Positions 10,096 through 20,446 of a stretch of DNA of 64,000 nt are shown here, in pieces; the first letter of the stretch is position 1; each line of letters starts with the position of its first letter. The position numbers were made by a program, and so were the translations under genes. The notes beneath the pieces are model-generated. The model had not been told where the DNA came from. It saw nothing but the letters and a program-made list of their open reading frames with translations, and made no database searches. Source of the DNA: Candidatus Magasanikbacteria bacterium CG11_big_fil_rev_8_21_14_0_20_39_34 (GTDB lineage Bacteria; Patescibacteriota; Patescibacteriia; Magasanikbacterales; UBA922); NCBI GenBank assembly GCA_002787355.1, contig PCWN01000003.1:8606-72605 (forward strand). The letters are read 5' to 3'.

Positions 10096-10124
10096 AGCCC
10101 CTTTTATCCTAGATGCTCACGGTG

Positions 10125-11396
10125 TTAGAAGTACCTGACAAAAACATACGCCGTACAGATAAGCAGTGATACTATGGTCATAGGAAGTGCTACCTTCATG
10201 TACTTTCCAAAGCGAATACATTCTCCTTCTTTTTCTGCAATACCTTTCACTACTAAATTGGCTGAAGCTCCAACAAGCGTTGCATTTCCTCCAATGTCGG
10301 CACCAAGCGCAAGCACCCACCAAAGCACGGTAATATTTGCACCAGTAATAACTCCAATCTCTTTTATAAGAGGGATCATTGTAGCCACGAAAGGAACATT
10401 ATCTACAACCGCAGAAAGAACTGCGGAACCCCATAACACAATGAGAGTTGTAAGTTTTATATTTCCACCTGTTGCAACAATGAGCTTTTGTGCCATCAAT
10501 TCAATTACCCCAACATGTTCTATACCAGAAACCAGAATAAAAAGACCTATGAAAAAGAAAATCGTTATCCATTCAATCTCCTTTAAATGCACTTCAGGAT
10601 CGTGTACGGTCAGTAACAGCAAAAGTGCTGCTCCCCCCATTGCCATGGTTGCGGCTTCAATCCCGGTATAATCATATGTCATAAAACCTATGATAATCAA
10701 ACCAATAACAAATAACGATTTATACAACAATGGCCAGTCAGAGATTGCCTCTTTGGGATTAAACCTCATCACTTTTGCCCTATCTTCGTCGGTTGTCTTG
10801 AGTTCCTTTCTATAAAGGAAAATAAGCAACCCAGCCGCCACAATGCAAACTAAGAAAACAACTGGAGCGAGATTGTACACAAAATCATTGAAAGTCAAAT
10901 TGGCCGCACTTCCAATAAGCGTATTTGGAGGATCCCCAATAAGTGTTGCAGCACCTCCAAAGTTTGAAAAAAGGATAATGCCAACAAGATAGGGATACGG
11001 AGAAACTTTTAGGTTATTGGTAATAACAAAAGTTACCGGAACCATGAGTAACACCACGGTTACATTGTTTAAAAAAGCGGAAAAAATTGCAACAATAAAT
11101 GATAAAAAAATAAAAATTCCAATAGGTTTTCCCTTACAAAATTTCGCAACATACAATGCCATCGCCTGAAAAAAACCAGACTGCCTTGCAATACCCACCA
11201 CGATCATCATTCCCACCAATAGTCCAATAGTATTAAAATCAATTCCGTCAATTGCTTCCTTCTGATTTAATATGCCAAGCATAACCATAAGGACAGCTCC
11301 CGTGATTGAAATAATCGTTCTATGTACCTTTTCTGTAATGATAAAAAGGTATGTGACTATAAAAACAGAAAGAGCAATAATGACAGCAAGGTTCAT
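10125..11396 (-). CDS. ArsB/NhaD-superfamily permease (ion/anion transporter)
   Basis: 423 aa, about 10-12 TM segments, duplicated PNTLIGSAANL and NATLVGASANL motifs. Confidence 0.7.
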   Translation of the reverse strand: MNLAVIIALSVFIVTYLFIITEKVHRTIISITGAVLMVMLGILNQKEAIDGIDFNTIGLLVGMMIVVGIARQSGFFQAMALYVAKFCKGKPIGIFIFLSFIVAIFSAFLNNVTVVLLMVPVTFVITNNLKVSPYPYLVGIILFSNFGGAATLIGDPPNTLIGSAANLTFNDFVYNLAPVVFLVCIVAAGLLIFLYRKELKTTDEDRAKVMRFNPKEAISDWPLLYKSLFVIGLIIIGFMTYDYTGIEAATMAMGGAALLLLLTVHDPEVHLKEIEWITIFFFIGLFILVSGIEHVGVIELMAQKLIVATGGNIKLTTLIVLWGSAVLSAVVDNVPFVATMIPLIKEIGVITGANITVLWWVLALGADIGGNATLVGASANLVVKGIAEKEGECIRFGKYMKVALPMTIVSLLICTAYVFVRYF

Positions 11397-11450
11397 AAAA
11401 TTTTTCCAAATATAAAGCCCTCGCAGAGAAGGAGGGAATGTATTGATATA

Positions 11451-11903
11451 TTATTTTGTTTTTTTACCTTTCAGCACGTCTTCAACGGCTTTTTTAATGT
11501 CTGTTCTGTTTACATATTCATCGTCAACAACAGGCAATTGTCTAATGTGAAATTCAGAAAGAAGGGTAATGGCGACCATAAGACTACAATCTTCCTTTAC
11601 TGTTTTTACTTTTTTGGTCATAAAGTTGGAAATTTTGTCATCCCGAACCGCATGTACCCGTTTTGCAAAAACGTCACTTGCCTCAAAACTTGCCAGATGA
11701 CCATCTTCTTCCAAATAATCCGGTACGATATGTTTTATCATATCCCAACTGGAAAGGATTCCAACAACTTTGTTTTGCTCATCCAATACAACTACACCAT
11801 TGGTTTTTTTACCAATCATAACATGGATAACTTCTTCAACTGTGTTATCCGGATGAACCGTTACCACCTTTTTCTGCATGTAATCTTTTACAATGTATTC
11901 CAT
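11451..11903 (-). CDS. CBS-domain pair protein
   Basis: Two CBS repeats (VVTVHPDNTVEEVIHVM..., GVVVLDEQNKVVGILSSWDMIK). Sits adjacent to the transporter. Confidence 0.85.
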   Translation of the reverse strand: MEYIVKDYMQKKVVTVHPDNTVEEVIHVMIGKKTNGVVVLDEQNKVVGILSSWDMIKHIVPDYLEEDGHLASFEASDVFAKRVHAVRDDKISNFMTKKVKTVKEDCSLMVAITLLSEFHIRQLPVVDDEYVNRTDIKKAVEDVLKGKKTK

Positions 11904-11973
11904 ATTATATGAAATATGACTAATCTTCCAACTGGAAGGGTATCATAGAAAAACATCTTTTTCAAGACCACTT

Positions 11974-13209
11974 TTATTTTCCACGGTTGATATCTCGACG
12001 CATAAAAAGAGATATAGCCCAGTCAACTCCTACCTTTATACGTTGTTTCCAAGTGATAAGTTTCATCCAATAAATCGTTCTCCACACCCACCACATAAAA
12101 GGTCCTTTTAATTTGAGTTTCCCAATGGTTCCGGCGGCATGCAGTTTTCCAAGAGAAAGCAAAATTCCCTTTGAGTGAAAAGAAAAAGGCTGTGGTGCCA
12201 CACCATTGATGAGTGCCACAATATTTTTTGCAGCCTGTTTGGCTTGTACTACGGCAACCTGCGCCAAAGCAGGAAGACATCCATCCTCTGTTGGGAAATA
12301 AGCCATGTCCCCGAGTACAAAGATGTCTTTCTGATTTTTTACTTGTAAAGTGGGTTCTACCACAATTTTTCCCTTCTCTTTTTCTATATCTTGATCAAAA
12401 CCAAGCGAAACAGGAGACACACCAGCTGTCCAAATAGCTGTTTCTGTTTCTATGCAATTTTCTCCAAAAAAAATTCCTTTTTTAGTAATTTTTTCTACTG
12501 GAGTATTTAAAAGAAGTTCAATTTTTTCCCTTTTTAACGCTTTTTCTGCCTCAACACGAACAAAATTGGGGAAACCCGGAAGAATCTGTCCGGTAGCTTG
12601 AATCACAAAAATACGAACATTTTTTATTACTTCAGGTTTATAATAACGTGACAGCGTCCCAAAAATAAATTCAGAAATTTCTGTTGCTAACTCGATTCCT
12701 GTAGGCCCACCACCAATAATGGCATAGGTAAGTAATCTCTTTTTTTCTTCTTTGTCTTCAACTGCGCCTGCTTTTTCAATTGTATCAATAATTTGATTTT
12801 TAAGTGCAAAAGCATCTTCAAGCGTCTTGAGAAAATAGCTGTGCTCAAGAACTCCTGGAATTCCAAAAGAATTCGTCTGTGATCCAAGAGATATAACCAG
12901 ATAATCATAGGATATATCCCCTCCTTTTGTCTTTACTATTTTCTTTTCACATGACACCGATTCCACCTCCGTTTCATGAAACTCTGAAAGACAACACCCA
13001 ATGCTCTCCCGAATAGGATGAACGATGTCATCTGAAGAAATACCACCTGTTGCAACTTCATGTAACAAGGGAGTAAATAAAAAATAACTAGTTTTGTTGA
13101 CTAAAACAAGTTCAATATTCTTATTTTGGTGGAAATATTTATGTAAATACTTATATGTATATATTCCAGCAAACCCTGCCCCCAAAATAACAATCCGTTT
13201 TTTTTGCAT
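11974..13209 (-). CDS. ndh: type II NADH dehydrogenase / FAD-dependent pyridine nucleotide-disulfide oxidoreductase
   Basis: ILGAGFAGIY and IIGGGPTGIELA dinucleotide-binding motifs, 411 aa. Confidence 0.75.
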   Translation of the reverse strand: MQKKRIVILGAGFAGIYTYKYLHKYFHQNKNIELVLVNKTSYFLFTPLLHEVATGGISSDDIVHPIRESIGCCLSEFHETEVESVSCEKKIVKTKGGDISYDYLVISLGSQTNSFGIPGVLEHSYFLKTLEDAFALKNQIIDTIEKAGAVEDKEEKKRLLTYAIIGGGPTGIELATEISEFIFGTLSRYYKPEVIKNVRIFVIQATGQILPGFPNFVRVEAEKALKREKIELLLNTPVEKITKKGIFFGENCIETETAIWTAGVSPVSLGFDQDIEKEKGKIVVEPTLQVKNQKDIFVLGDMAYFPTEDGCLPALAQVAVVQAKQAAKNIVALINGVAPQPFSFHSKGILLSLGKLHAAGTIGKLKLKGPFMWWVWRTIYWMKLITWKQRIKVGVDWAISLFMRRDINRGK

Positions 13210-13213
13210 ATAT

Positions 13214-14200
13214 TTATCTCAAGCCTACCAGTCTATAGACTTCCTTGAGTGTTTTATCGGCCACTTTTTGTGCACCTTTAGCCCCTTCTTTCAATATTGT
13301 AAGAACACGCCTTTGATTAGATAAATATTTTTTTCGTTCCACTCGAAAATCTGAAAATGTATCAGAAATTATTTGCGCCAAATCCTTTTTAAGATTTCCA
13401 TACTGGATTGTCCCATCCTTTTCCTGTTTGAGATACATCTCATACACATCCTTTTCTCCAAATTCTTTCAATAAACCAAGCAGATTTTGCACACCCTGCG
13501 AACCCATGCCTCCCTCACTTGCCGTAACCGCTTTTTTCAGTTTATTTTGAATCACCTCAGGATCATCACAAAGAGCAATATAATTTTTTTCTCCATGACT
13601 CTTACTCATTTTTTTATCTGGTTCCTGCAAACTCTTTACCCTTGGGATATTGGTAAGTACAACCTCAGGAAGCGTAAAGTAGTCACCATACCTACCATTA
13701 AACCAACGAGCAATAGAGCGGGTAAGCTCCACATGTTGTACCTGATCCTCCCCCACGGGAATCCTCTGACTTTGATACAACAAAATATCTGAAGCCATAA
13801 GTGCAGGATACGTCAAAAGTCCTGCGTTAATATTTTTCATTTGTCTTGAAGACTTGTCTTTGAACTGGGTCATCCGTTCAAGTTCTCCAAGCGGTGTAAT
13901 ACAGTTGAACAACCACGCAAGCTCCGTATGACCGGTAACATGTGACTGAACAAATAATGTTGTTTTCTTAGGGTCTATACCCGCGGCTAACAGTTCTATG
14001 GCAAGATTCAGTGTGTTTTTTTTCACTTCTTCTGCTGACTGATTTCCCGTAAGTGCATGTAAATCTACAATACAAATAAACATCCGGTATTTTCCGGAAT
14101 TTTGTAGATCCACCCAATTTTTAACAGCACCCAAATAGTTTCCTATATGTAGATTCCCTGTTGGCTGAATGCCCGATATAAGTATTGGTTTTTTTGTCAT
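13214..14200 (-). CDS. trpS: tryptophan--tRNA ligase
   Basis: GIQPTGNLHIGNYLGA (HIGH region) and KMSKS motifs, 328 aa. Confidence 0.92.
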   Translation of the reverse strand: MTKKPILISGIQPTGNLHIGNYLGAVKNWVDLQNSGKYRMFICIVDLHALTGNQSAEEVKKNTLNLAIELLAAGIDPKKTTLFVQSHVTGHTELAWLFNCITPLGELERMTQFKDKSSRQMKNINAGLLTYPALMASDILLYQSQRIPVGEDQVQHVELTRSIARWFNGRYGDYFTLPEVVLTNIPRVKSLQEPDKKMSKSHGEKNYIALCDDPEVIQNKLKKAVTASEGGMGSQGVQNLLGLLKEFGEKDVYEMYLKQEKDGTIQYGNLKKDLAQIISDTFSDFRVERKKYLSNQRRVLTILKEGAKGAQKVADKTLKEVYRLVGLR

Positions 14201-14254
14201 ATGATATTTTTCTATGCACCAAGAGTATCACAAAAAAAAGCTTCGTTCAAGGAA

Positions 14255-14899
14255 CTACACCAGTTCCTCCAAACTCACTACATTTTGTCCTGCCCACTTA
14301 TGTGCAGGCAAAGCAACCACTCCTTTCCCAACAACAACGATATCTTTTTTTTTCAAATGGTACTCCACAATAATATCCAATAGATAAGTAAGCAAACCAA
14401 ATCTATTTGGTTCGTCCGTGAACTTATCCAGTAAATCATATTTTTCTAACTCTTTTTTTACCGCATCTTGATGGAAAATTTCAATTTTTTTTATCCCTGA
14501 AATACAAAAATCATCCAGTTCATAATCAAGACCATAGATATGATCCACCGCCCCCTGGACGAGAAGTTCCGTATATAAAGCCTTTGGATATGCAGTAAAA
14601 ATAAAAATTTTATCAAACTTTTTTCGTAAACGAGAAAACAGTTCTTTGATATTTTCCCTTTTATTTTCTTCCCAAAAATCAGAACAATTACTCAAAAACT
14701 CCCCCTCTTCTTCTCCTCCTGCGGCTACATCAAAAACTTCTAGAAGGAAATGAGGTCCTCTAAATTTTCCTTCTTCATACTGTCTATCCAAAACCAAAAA
14801 AGAAGAAAGCTTATTCCTTTGCTTTGATAAAAATCCATAGAGATTGGGACTGCCCACCCTCAATAGGGCTGAATTGGAAAATATGGCCAAAACTTTCAT
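14255..14899 (-). CDS. hypothetical protein
   Basis: 214-aa ORF with native composition and no motif I can name. Confidence 0.45.
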   Translation of the reverse strand: MKVLAIFSNSALLRVGSPNLYGFLSKQRNKLSSFLVLDRQYEEGKFRGPHFLLEVFDVAAGGEEEGEFLSNCSDFWEENKRENIKELFSRLRKKFDKIFIFTAYPKALYTELLVQGAVDHIYGLDYELDDFCISGIKKIEIFHQDAVKKELEKYDLLDKFTDEPNRFGLLTYLLDIIVEYHLKKKDIVVVGKGVVALPAHKWAGQNVVSLEELV

Positions 14900-14961
14900 T
14901 TTTTATTGCTTAAAAATCTCTTCACTTATTATAGTACGGACAGAAAAGAAGCATGTCAAGT

Positions 14962-14989
14962 AAAAAAAAACTCCTTTTTCAAGGAGTTT
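14962..14989 (-). terminator. rho-independent terminator after RNase J gene
   Basis: Stem AAACTCCTT/AAGGAGTTT with loop TTTC, followed by a T-run on the minus strand. Confidence 0.5.
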
Positions 14990-15003
14990 TCTCATATAAT
15001 TTT

Positions 15004-16926
15004 TTAGACTTCTATAACCACCGGAAGAACCATTGGTCTTTTTTCCGTACGAGTAAGGATAAATTGTCCTATTTTATCACGGATATCGTTCTTCACTTGA
15101 TTGGTATCTGCCCAAGTCAGTGGATCAGAATGAAGCACTAAATTCTTCACTTTGTGTCGAATATCTTCTATAAGTGTTCGATTATCTTTCAAAAATACAA
15201 ACCCTCGAGAAATAATATCCGGATTTTGAATCAACTTTCCGGTCTTGGTATCAATTGTAGTAATGATAACAATCATGCCATCCTCTGCCAAAACCTGACG
15301 ATCACGCAAAACAATATGCTGAGAATCTGAAATGCCAAGTCCGTCTACAAACACGTACTCTGTTGGAGCTTTTTCTTTCTGAACCTTCATCCCTTTATTT
15401 GAAAATTCAATGATGGTTCCGTTATCTGGCACTACCGTTTTCTGTTCATTAAATCCATTTTTTACTGCCAAACGCTGTGCTTCTTTGAGGAAATAGTGAT
15501 TTGCATAGATTGGAATAAAATAATCTGGTTGTATCATATCAATAACTTCCAAAATATCCTGACGTGTCGCATGCCCTGAAATATGTACATCCATAACATC
15601 ACCATGGTAAACATTATCACACTGTCTATAAATATTATCCTTCAATCTCTGGATGGTTCTTTCATTCCCCGGAATTACGGAAGAAGAAAAAATCACAGAA
15701 TCATTTTTTCTAAACTTAATATTTCTATGTTCTCCACGGACAATTTTTGAAAGAACAGCCCTCTCTTCTCCCTGACCACCGGTACAAATAATAACTACTT
15801 CCGTATCCGGATAGTCATCAATTTTTCGTACATCTATGAGTACTCCTTTTTTGGGGTTCACATATCCAAGCTTTTTTGCAAGTTCAATATTTACCTTCAT
15901 GCTGTATCCATCCAATGCCACTTTTTTCCCAAGTTGACTCGCAGCCTCAATAATCCATCGTACACGTTCTACTTGAGATGCAAAAGTTGCGACCACAATA
16001 CGACCTGGAGCATCTTTGAGGATGTTATAAATATTTTCATACATTTCCTCATAGGTTCCATGACTTTTATTGTTGGTAGCACCAAGACTTTCTAAAAGAA
16101 GAATCCTTGGGCTTTTCAATTTTCGCAAACCGGTATAATCAATGGCATGTTTTCCTTCATTGTCTCTTTCAAGCGTCCAGTCACCCGGATGAATGATCGT
16201 ACCTTGAGGAGATTCAATGATAACTCCCATAGCATCCATAATAGAATGCTCCACCTGAAAAAACTTTACCACCAATTCTCCAAAACGCATGACATCATTG
16301 AGTGATTTTACACGAACGACCTTCAACTTTTGTGCGGTACCTTTTTTATAATCTTCTTGTCTATGCTTGATAAGTGAAAGAGTCAAATCTCGAGCCACAA
16401 TAGGTGGATTTCCTAATTTTTCTAAAATGATTGGGGCAGCCCCAATGTGGTCCAAGTGACCATGAGTAAATATCACTGCACGAATATTTTTTTCCTTTCC
16501 TTCCAAATATTTTGTATTAGGAATTATATAGTCAATTCCTGGCATGTCTTCTTCAGGAAATTGAACCCCAACATCAACAATAATAATATCATTATTGTAT
16601 TCAAAAACGGTCATATTTCGCCCAACCTCTTCACATCCACCAATAGGGACAATTCGAAGAGTGTCTTTTTCTAACTCAGGAAGTTTCTTTTTATTTTTAT
16701 AGGAGAATGAGTGATCTTTTTTGACTCGAGGTCTTTGCATGCGTGAAGAAGATCGTGCTGTGGATGCTTTTGAAGCATGATGGTACACCTTCTTTTGATC
16801 ATCCCCTGTTGTTTCGGTAGACTTTTTCCCCCATGTACGAGTACTTGGAGTACTCGAGGTACTGCTTTTTCTTTTATCATTTGGTTGAGAAGCATAACTT
16901 CTTTTTCCGGAATTTTTTCGGATCAT
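15004..16926 (-). CDS. rnj: ribonuclease J (beta-CASP metallo-beta-lactamase) with basic low-complexity N-terminal tail
   Basis: HGHLDHIGA motif, beta-CASP and C-terminal domains. The first ~100 aa are Ser/Lys/Arg-rich. Confidence 0.88.
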   Translation of the reverse strand: MIRKNSGKRSYASQPNDKRKSSTSSTPSTRTWGKKSTETTGDDQKKVYHHASKASTARSSSRMQRPRVKKDHSFSYKNKKKLPELEKDTLRIVPIGGCEEVGRNMTVFEYNNDIIIVDVGVQFPEEDMPGIDYIIPNTKYLEGKEKNIRAVIFTHGHLDHIGAAPIILEKLGNPPIVARDLTLSLIKHRQEDYKKGTAQKLKVVRVKSLNDVMRFGELVVKFFQVEHSIMDAMGVIIESPQGTIIHPGDWTLERDNEGKHAIDYTGLRKLKSPRILLLESLGATNNKSHGTYEEMYENIYNILKDAPGRIVVATFASQVERVRWIIEAASQLGKKVALDGYSMKVNIELAKKLGYVNPKKGVLIDVRKIDDYPDTEVVIICTGGQGEERAVLSKIVRGEHRNIKFRKNDSVIFSSSVIPGNERTIQRLKDNIYRQCDNVYHGDVMDVHISGHATRQDILEVIDMIQPDYFIPIYANHYFLKEAQRLAVKNGFNEQKTVVPDNGTIIEFSNKGMKVQKEKAPTEYVFVDGLGISDSQHIVLRDRQVLAEDGMIVIITTIDTKTGKLIQNPDIISRGFVFLKDNRTLIEDIRHKVKNLVLHSDPLTWADTNQVKNDIRDKIGQFILTRTEKRPMVLPVVIEV

Positions 16927-17121
16927 AACTTTGTTACTTGTGTATGAATTAAATAAATAATGGTCATGTCGGTAGTATCTCTACGCTCAACATGAACCAT
17001 AAAAGGAATAACAGATAAGGAATTATGAATAAAGATTTTTCATCTCTATATCATCATTCGTAATCTATCATTCAATTTTTGGAGAAGAAGAAAATGTACT
17101 ATGGCTTTGTGATTCAAGCCA

Positions 17122-19110
17122 CTAAAATTGCCATTTCCCTTTTTCCTTTATATACCAAGATGTGACTCCACTGAATCGATCAGATGGTATAAATATACGT
17201 TGAAAGGTATACCCCTGAAGTTTATCCGTTGTGGCATAGGTATAGGTTGGCATGTATAAAAATACTGCCGGTACATCATTGAAAATCTTTTCTTGAATTT
17301 GTTTATAGATGTTTCCATATTCTTCAGGGTCAGAGGTTTCCCGTGCACTTCCAAGAAGTTTGTCCACTTCATCACTGGCATACAAGGAAAGATTCAGCCC
17401 CGGGTACTTTGTCTGTGAGGAATGCCAGAATGGATACAAATCCGGATCACTTCCTACAATCATACGATAAAGGAGAACATCATAGTCTCTATCTTTTAAG
17501 ACGTCCTTTACCATATTTTTTGCTGGAATAAACTCTAGTTTTGTTTTTACTCCTATTCCTTGCCAAAATCCTGCAATCATTTGTGCTGCTTGACGATATT
17601 CTTTGGTATCTGCCGTCACCAGTCGAATCTCCAAAACATTTTCTTTTTTATCCTGCCTATAAAAGGTTTGAGCTTCTTGCAACTCGGTATTCAGTTGATT
17701 TTCGACTTCCTTTTTAGCTTCCTCCCGCAAACTTGCAAGCTCTTCTTCAGTAGATGAACTCGCTTTCTGAGACTTATCCCACTCTTTCAACCGTTCTTCC
17801 AATAACGTTTCACGATACGTATCTCCAGAAATTTTTTCCCATGACTCCTCTAAAAGATCATTAGCTTTTTCCACGGAATAATCCCTCGTTTTCATCTCGT
17901 CTGTGCTATATCCCGGAAATCCTGGCAATATTGGTCCATGAATGACCTGACCATTGTCCCCAATGGTACTTCGCATGATCCTTCTCTTATCAAGAGAAAG
18001 TGCCAGTGCCTCTCGAAGTTTTGAATCTTTGAGAGCTGGTAAATTCTTTTGATTAAAGAAGAGTGCAGTATATTGTGGGAGCTGCAACGTATGCAATACA
18101 ATATGCTTTCGTTCCACCTTATCCTTGAGGTCATATGGAACAAAATCTAATCCATCTACTTTTTGCTCACGCATTGCCTGTATAGCTCCATCCAGACCAT
18201 CATAATCTCCAAAAAATTCAAAAATGAATTCATCAAGGTACGGTTTGGTTGCAAAATAGTTTTCGTTTCTTGCTAAAGTATAACTCAAAATGTATCCAGC
18301 ATCGTTTTTTTTGAGCTTTTCAAATTGAAAAGGCCCCGTTCCAATTGGTTGTAGATTTGATTTTGCCAAACGAATTCTATCTGGCCCCACATCTGACCAG
18401 ATATGTTCTGGAATAATCCCAACAGTAAGACTGGAAAGAAATGGAGCAAATGGTTCACTCAAAGTAAACTGTACCGTTTTTGGATCAGGTGTATCGATAG
18501 CTACTCCTTGAAAACTTACCATCAAGGGGCTATTCACTTGTGCATTTTGAATTGTTTTTATTGCAAACGCGACGTCAGAGCTGGTAAACGGCTCACCATC
18601 ATGCCAAACAACATTGTCTCGAAGAGTAAAGGTATATACTTTTTTATCCTCACTGACTTCATAGCTTTCTGCAAGATCGGTAATCAATTTTTGATTTTCG
18701 TCATATTGCATCAACCCATTAAACACAAGCCTACTAATGTCTGAATCAACATTATTGAGACTTGCAAACAATGGGTTAATCAGTTGTGGTGAACCAACAA
18801 CCGCTTCTCTATACTGACCACCTTGTGCCGCCACATGAACTCTCTTTGAGTCAATGATACCCACCGTAAACCATACCAACCCTACTAAAAAGACAACACT
18901 TGCTATGCGAAAAATAGTTTGCTCAAATGGAGACAAAAGACGCTGAATCTTTCCAAGCTGTTTGAGTGTTGGTACCCTTTTTTTATGAAGCCTCTGTAGA
19001 AGCTTAACATTCACATTATTTTTGTAAATGCTCTTATGGCTCCTCACACGCCTAAAATAGCGTTTCAAATGGTATACCGCCTTTTTGTAAAGATTTTTAA
19101 AAAGGTTCAC
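17122..19110 (-). CDS. ABC transporter substrate-binding protein, family 5 (OppA/DppA-like), N-terminally TM-anchored
   Basis: 662 aa, a TM helix near aa 65-90, and SBP_bac_5-like architecture. Confidence 0.7.
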   Translation of the reverse strand: MNLFKNLYKKAVYHLKRYFRRVRSHKSIYKNNVNVKLLQRLHKKRVPTLKQLGKIQRLLSPFEQTIFRIASVVFLVGLVWFTVGIIDSKRVHVAAQGGQYREAVVGSPQLINPLFASLNNVDSDISRLVFNGLMQYDENQKLITDLAESYEVSEDKKVYTFTLRDNVVWHDGEPFTSSDVAFAIKTIQNAQVNSPLMVSFQGVAIDTPDPKTVQFTLSEPFAPFLSSLTVGIIPEHIWSDVGPDRIRLAKSNLQPIGTGPFQFEKLKKNDAGYILSYTLARNENYFATKPYLDEFIFEFFGDYDGLDGAIQAMREQKVDGLDFVPYDLKDKVERKHIVLHTLQLPQYTALFFNQKNLPALKDSKLREALALSLDKRRIMRSTIGDNGQVIHGPILPGFPGYSTDEMKTRDYSVEKANDLLEESWEKISGDTYRETLLEERLKEWDKSQKASSSTEEELASLREEAKKEVENQLNTELQEAQTFYRQDKKENVLEIRLVTADTKEYRQAAQMIAGFWQGIGVKTKLEFIPAKNMVKDVLKDRDYDVLLYRMIVGSDPDLYPFWHSSQTKYPGLNLSLYASDEVDKLLGSARETSDPEEYGNIYKQIQEKIFNDVPAVFLYMPTYTYATTDKLQGYTFQRIFIPSDRFSGVTSWYIKEKGKWQF

Positions 19111-19167
19111 AAGAGAAACAATAAAAATGTAAAATTTTGAAGAAGAAGATACCTTTGATTCAAAGTC

Positions 19168-19389
19168 TTATGCTAGGAAAAGCATGACAATCCCAATAGC
19201 AAAGAAGACAAGAGCCAAGATAACAGATGCCCTGTGGAGAAACAAATCAACACCTCGCTTGGTAGCGGCAATTCCGCCACCCGTTCCACCAAATCCAGCA
19301 CCTAATCCATCTCCCTTTTGCTGTAAAAGAATTGCAGCAGAGAGTAGTATTCCAACCACGAGTTGTACAATAGTAAGTATCTGATTCAT
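19168..19389 (-). CDS. secG: preprotein translocase subunit SecG
   Basis: MNQILTIVQLVVGILLSAAILLQQKGDGLGAGFGG... is the typical SecG. The ORF extends to 19539, but the Met at 19389 gives a canonical 73-aa SecG. Confidence 0.85.
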   Translation of the reverse strand: MNQILTIVQLVVGILLSAAILLQQKGDGLGAGFGGTGGGIAATKRGVDLFLHRASVILALVFFAIGIVMLFLA

Positions 19390-19492
19390 AGTACGTTTAT
19401 TATACCAAAAAACTTTCAGTATTTCAAAATGTAATTTTTTCTGTGGCCATATAATACCTTTTCTTTCCATTTCTGTCAAGATAGCCCATACC

Positions 19493-19521
19493 TTGACAGG
19501 ACATTTTTTGCTGTGTATAGT
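19493..19521 (+). promoter_or_regulatory. sigma70-type promoter (TTGACA-17-TATAGT) for island-2 gene
   Basis: TTGACA at 19493-19498, a 17-nt spacer, TATAGT at 19516-19521. AGGGAG Shine-Dalgarno lies 8 nt before the ATG at 19554. Confidence 0.5.
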
Positions 19522-19553
19522 GTTTTTTGCATGTAACAACCAGGGAGCAGCAC

Positions 19554-20006
19554 ATGCACGGGCTCATCCTTGTAGTGGTGCTCGTTCTTGGAGCACTCTT
19601 CATGGGGAAGTTCATCTCCCCCATCCTGCATCAAGTCGCCCTCACGAAAACCCTCCTGGCCCACCCGGGGAAGGTACACACCATTTCTCATCCGGGCTCA
19701 TGGAACCCTCGTAACTGGAAGATGCGCTACATTCGCATCCACCCAAATGAAGGACTTCCATTCTCCGGAAGGATCGGCTTCACCTTTCTGGGGAAGACCT
19801 GGTTCTTCGGGAAGTTCGAGGCAGAAGAGGGGGAGGATATCTACCTCCACACCTTCTTTGGACGTGGGAGCACGAGGTTCCTCGTCCACATCGAGATCCA
19901 AGGCGATCAAGAAATCATGATCGGCCTAACGGAGTCCATTGACACGTCCTTCCCTCGACGAGTCATTGAATTTCCCCCCACCATCTTCCAACGCATCGGA
20001 ATCTAG
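19554..20006 (+). CDS. hypothetical protein with N-terminal TM/signal (G+C-rich island 2)
   Basis: 151-aa ORF with very high GC3. The ORF-track start at 19527 is a TTG; the ATG at 19554 has a proper Shine-Dalgarno. Confidence 0.55.
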   Translation: MHGLILVVVLVLGALFMGKFISPILHQVALTKTLLAHPGKVHTISHPGSWNPRNWKMRYIRIHPNEGLPFSGRIGFTFLGKTWFFGKFEAEEGEDIYLHTFFGRGSTRFLVHIEIQGDQEIMIGLTESIDTSFPRRVIEFPPTIFQRIGI

Positions 20007-20046
20007 GTCGAGCCCCCCGACCTTCCACACCCCAACTTGACATCAA

Positions 20047-20075
20047 AAATAATTCTTGCTATAATCGAGCCACTT
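20047..20075 (+). promoter_or_regulatory. sigma70-type promoter (TTGACA-17-TATAAT) for rpmE
   Basis: Perfect -35 and -10 hexamers with a 17-nt spacer. Confidence 0.5.
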
Positions 20076-20093
20076 GAAATAAGGTTATTTCCT

Positions 20094-20432
20094 ATGAAAA
20101 CAGAGACACATCCAGACGTACATCCAGTTGTTTTTATTGATACTTCTTGTGGAGTGGAGTTTATTACAACCTCTACCATGAAGTCAGATGAGACACGAGA
20201 AATTAATGGCGTTACACATTTTGTAATCCCTCTTGAAATTTCTTCTGCATCACATCCTTTTTATACTGGAAAACAAGTCTTTATCGATACCGCTCGCCGT
20301 GTGGAGAAATTCCAAGAAAAGATGAAAAAAGTGGAATCAGCTCAAGGAGAACGCAAAGGAAAAAAAGCAAAGCGAGCAGCAAAAGCAGCCGTAAAAGCGA
20401 AAAAGACTGAAAAAGAAAACGCTGAAGCGTAG
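20094..20432 (+). CDS. rpmE: 50S ribosomal protein L31 with Lys-rich C-terminal extension
   Basis: [12 protein letters not shown]...TSCG...SHPFYTGKQ...DTARRVEKF is the L31 pattern. Start at the internal Met of ORF 20037. Confidence 0.85.
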   Translation: MKTETHPDVHPVVFIDTSCGVEFITTSTMKSDETREINGVTHFVIPLEISSASHPFYTGKQVFIDTARRVEKFQEKMKKVESAQGERKGKKAKRAAKAAVKAKKTEKENAEA

Positions 20433-20446
20433 GTACAAACAATAAC

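Noticed and set aside
10000-10124. tRNA or small RNA genes in intergenic gaps (also 16927-17121, 35850-36036, 43135-43195, 60654-60795, 61750-61856)
   Set aside because: No cloverleaf-compatible segment with the conserved GTTC/TPsiC or anticodon stem-loop features was visible. The structured elements found are terminator hairpins or promoter regions.
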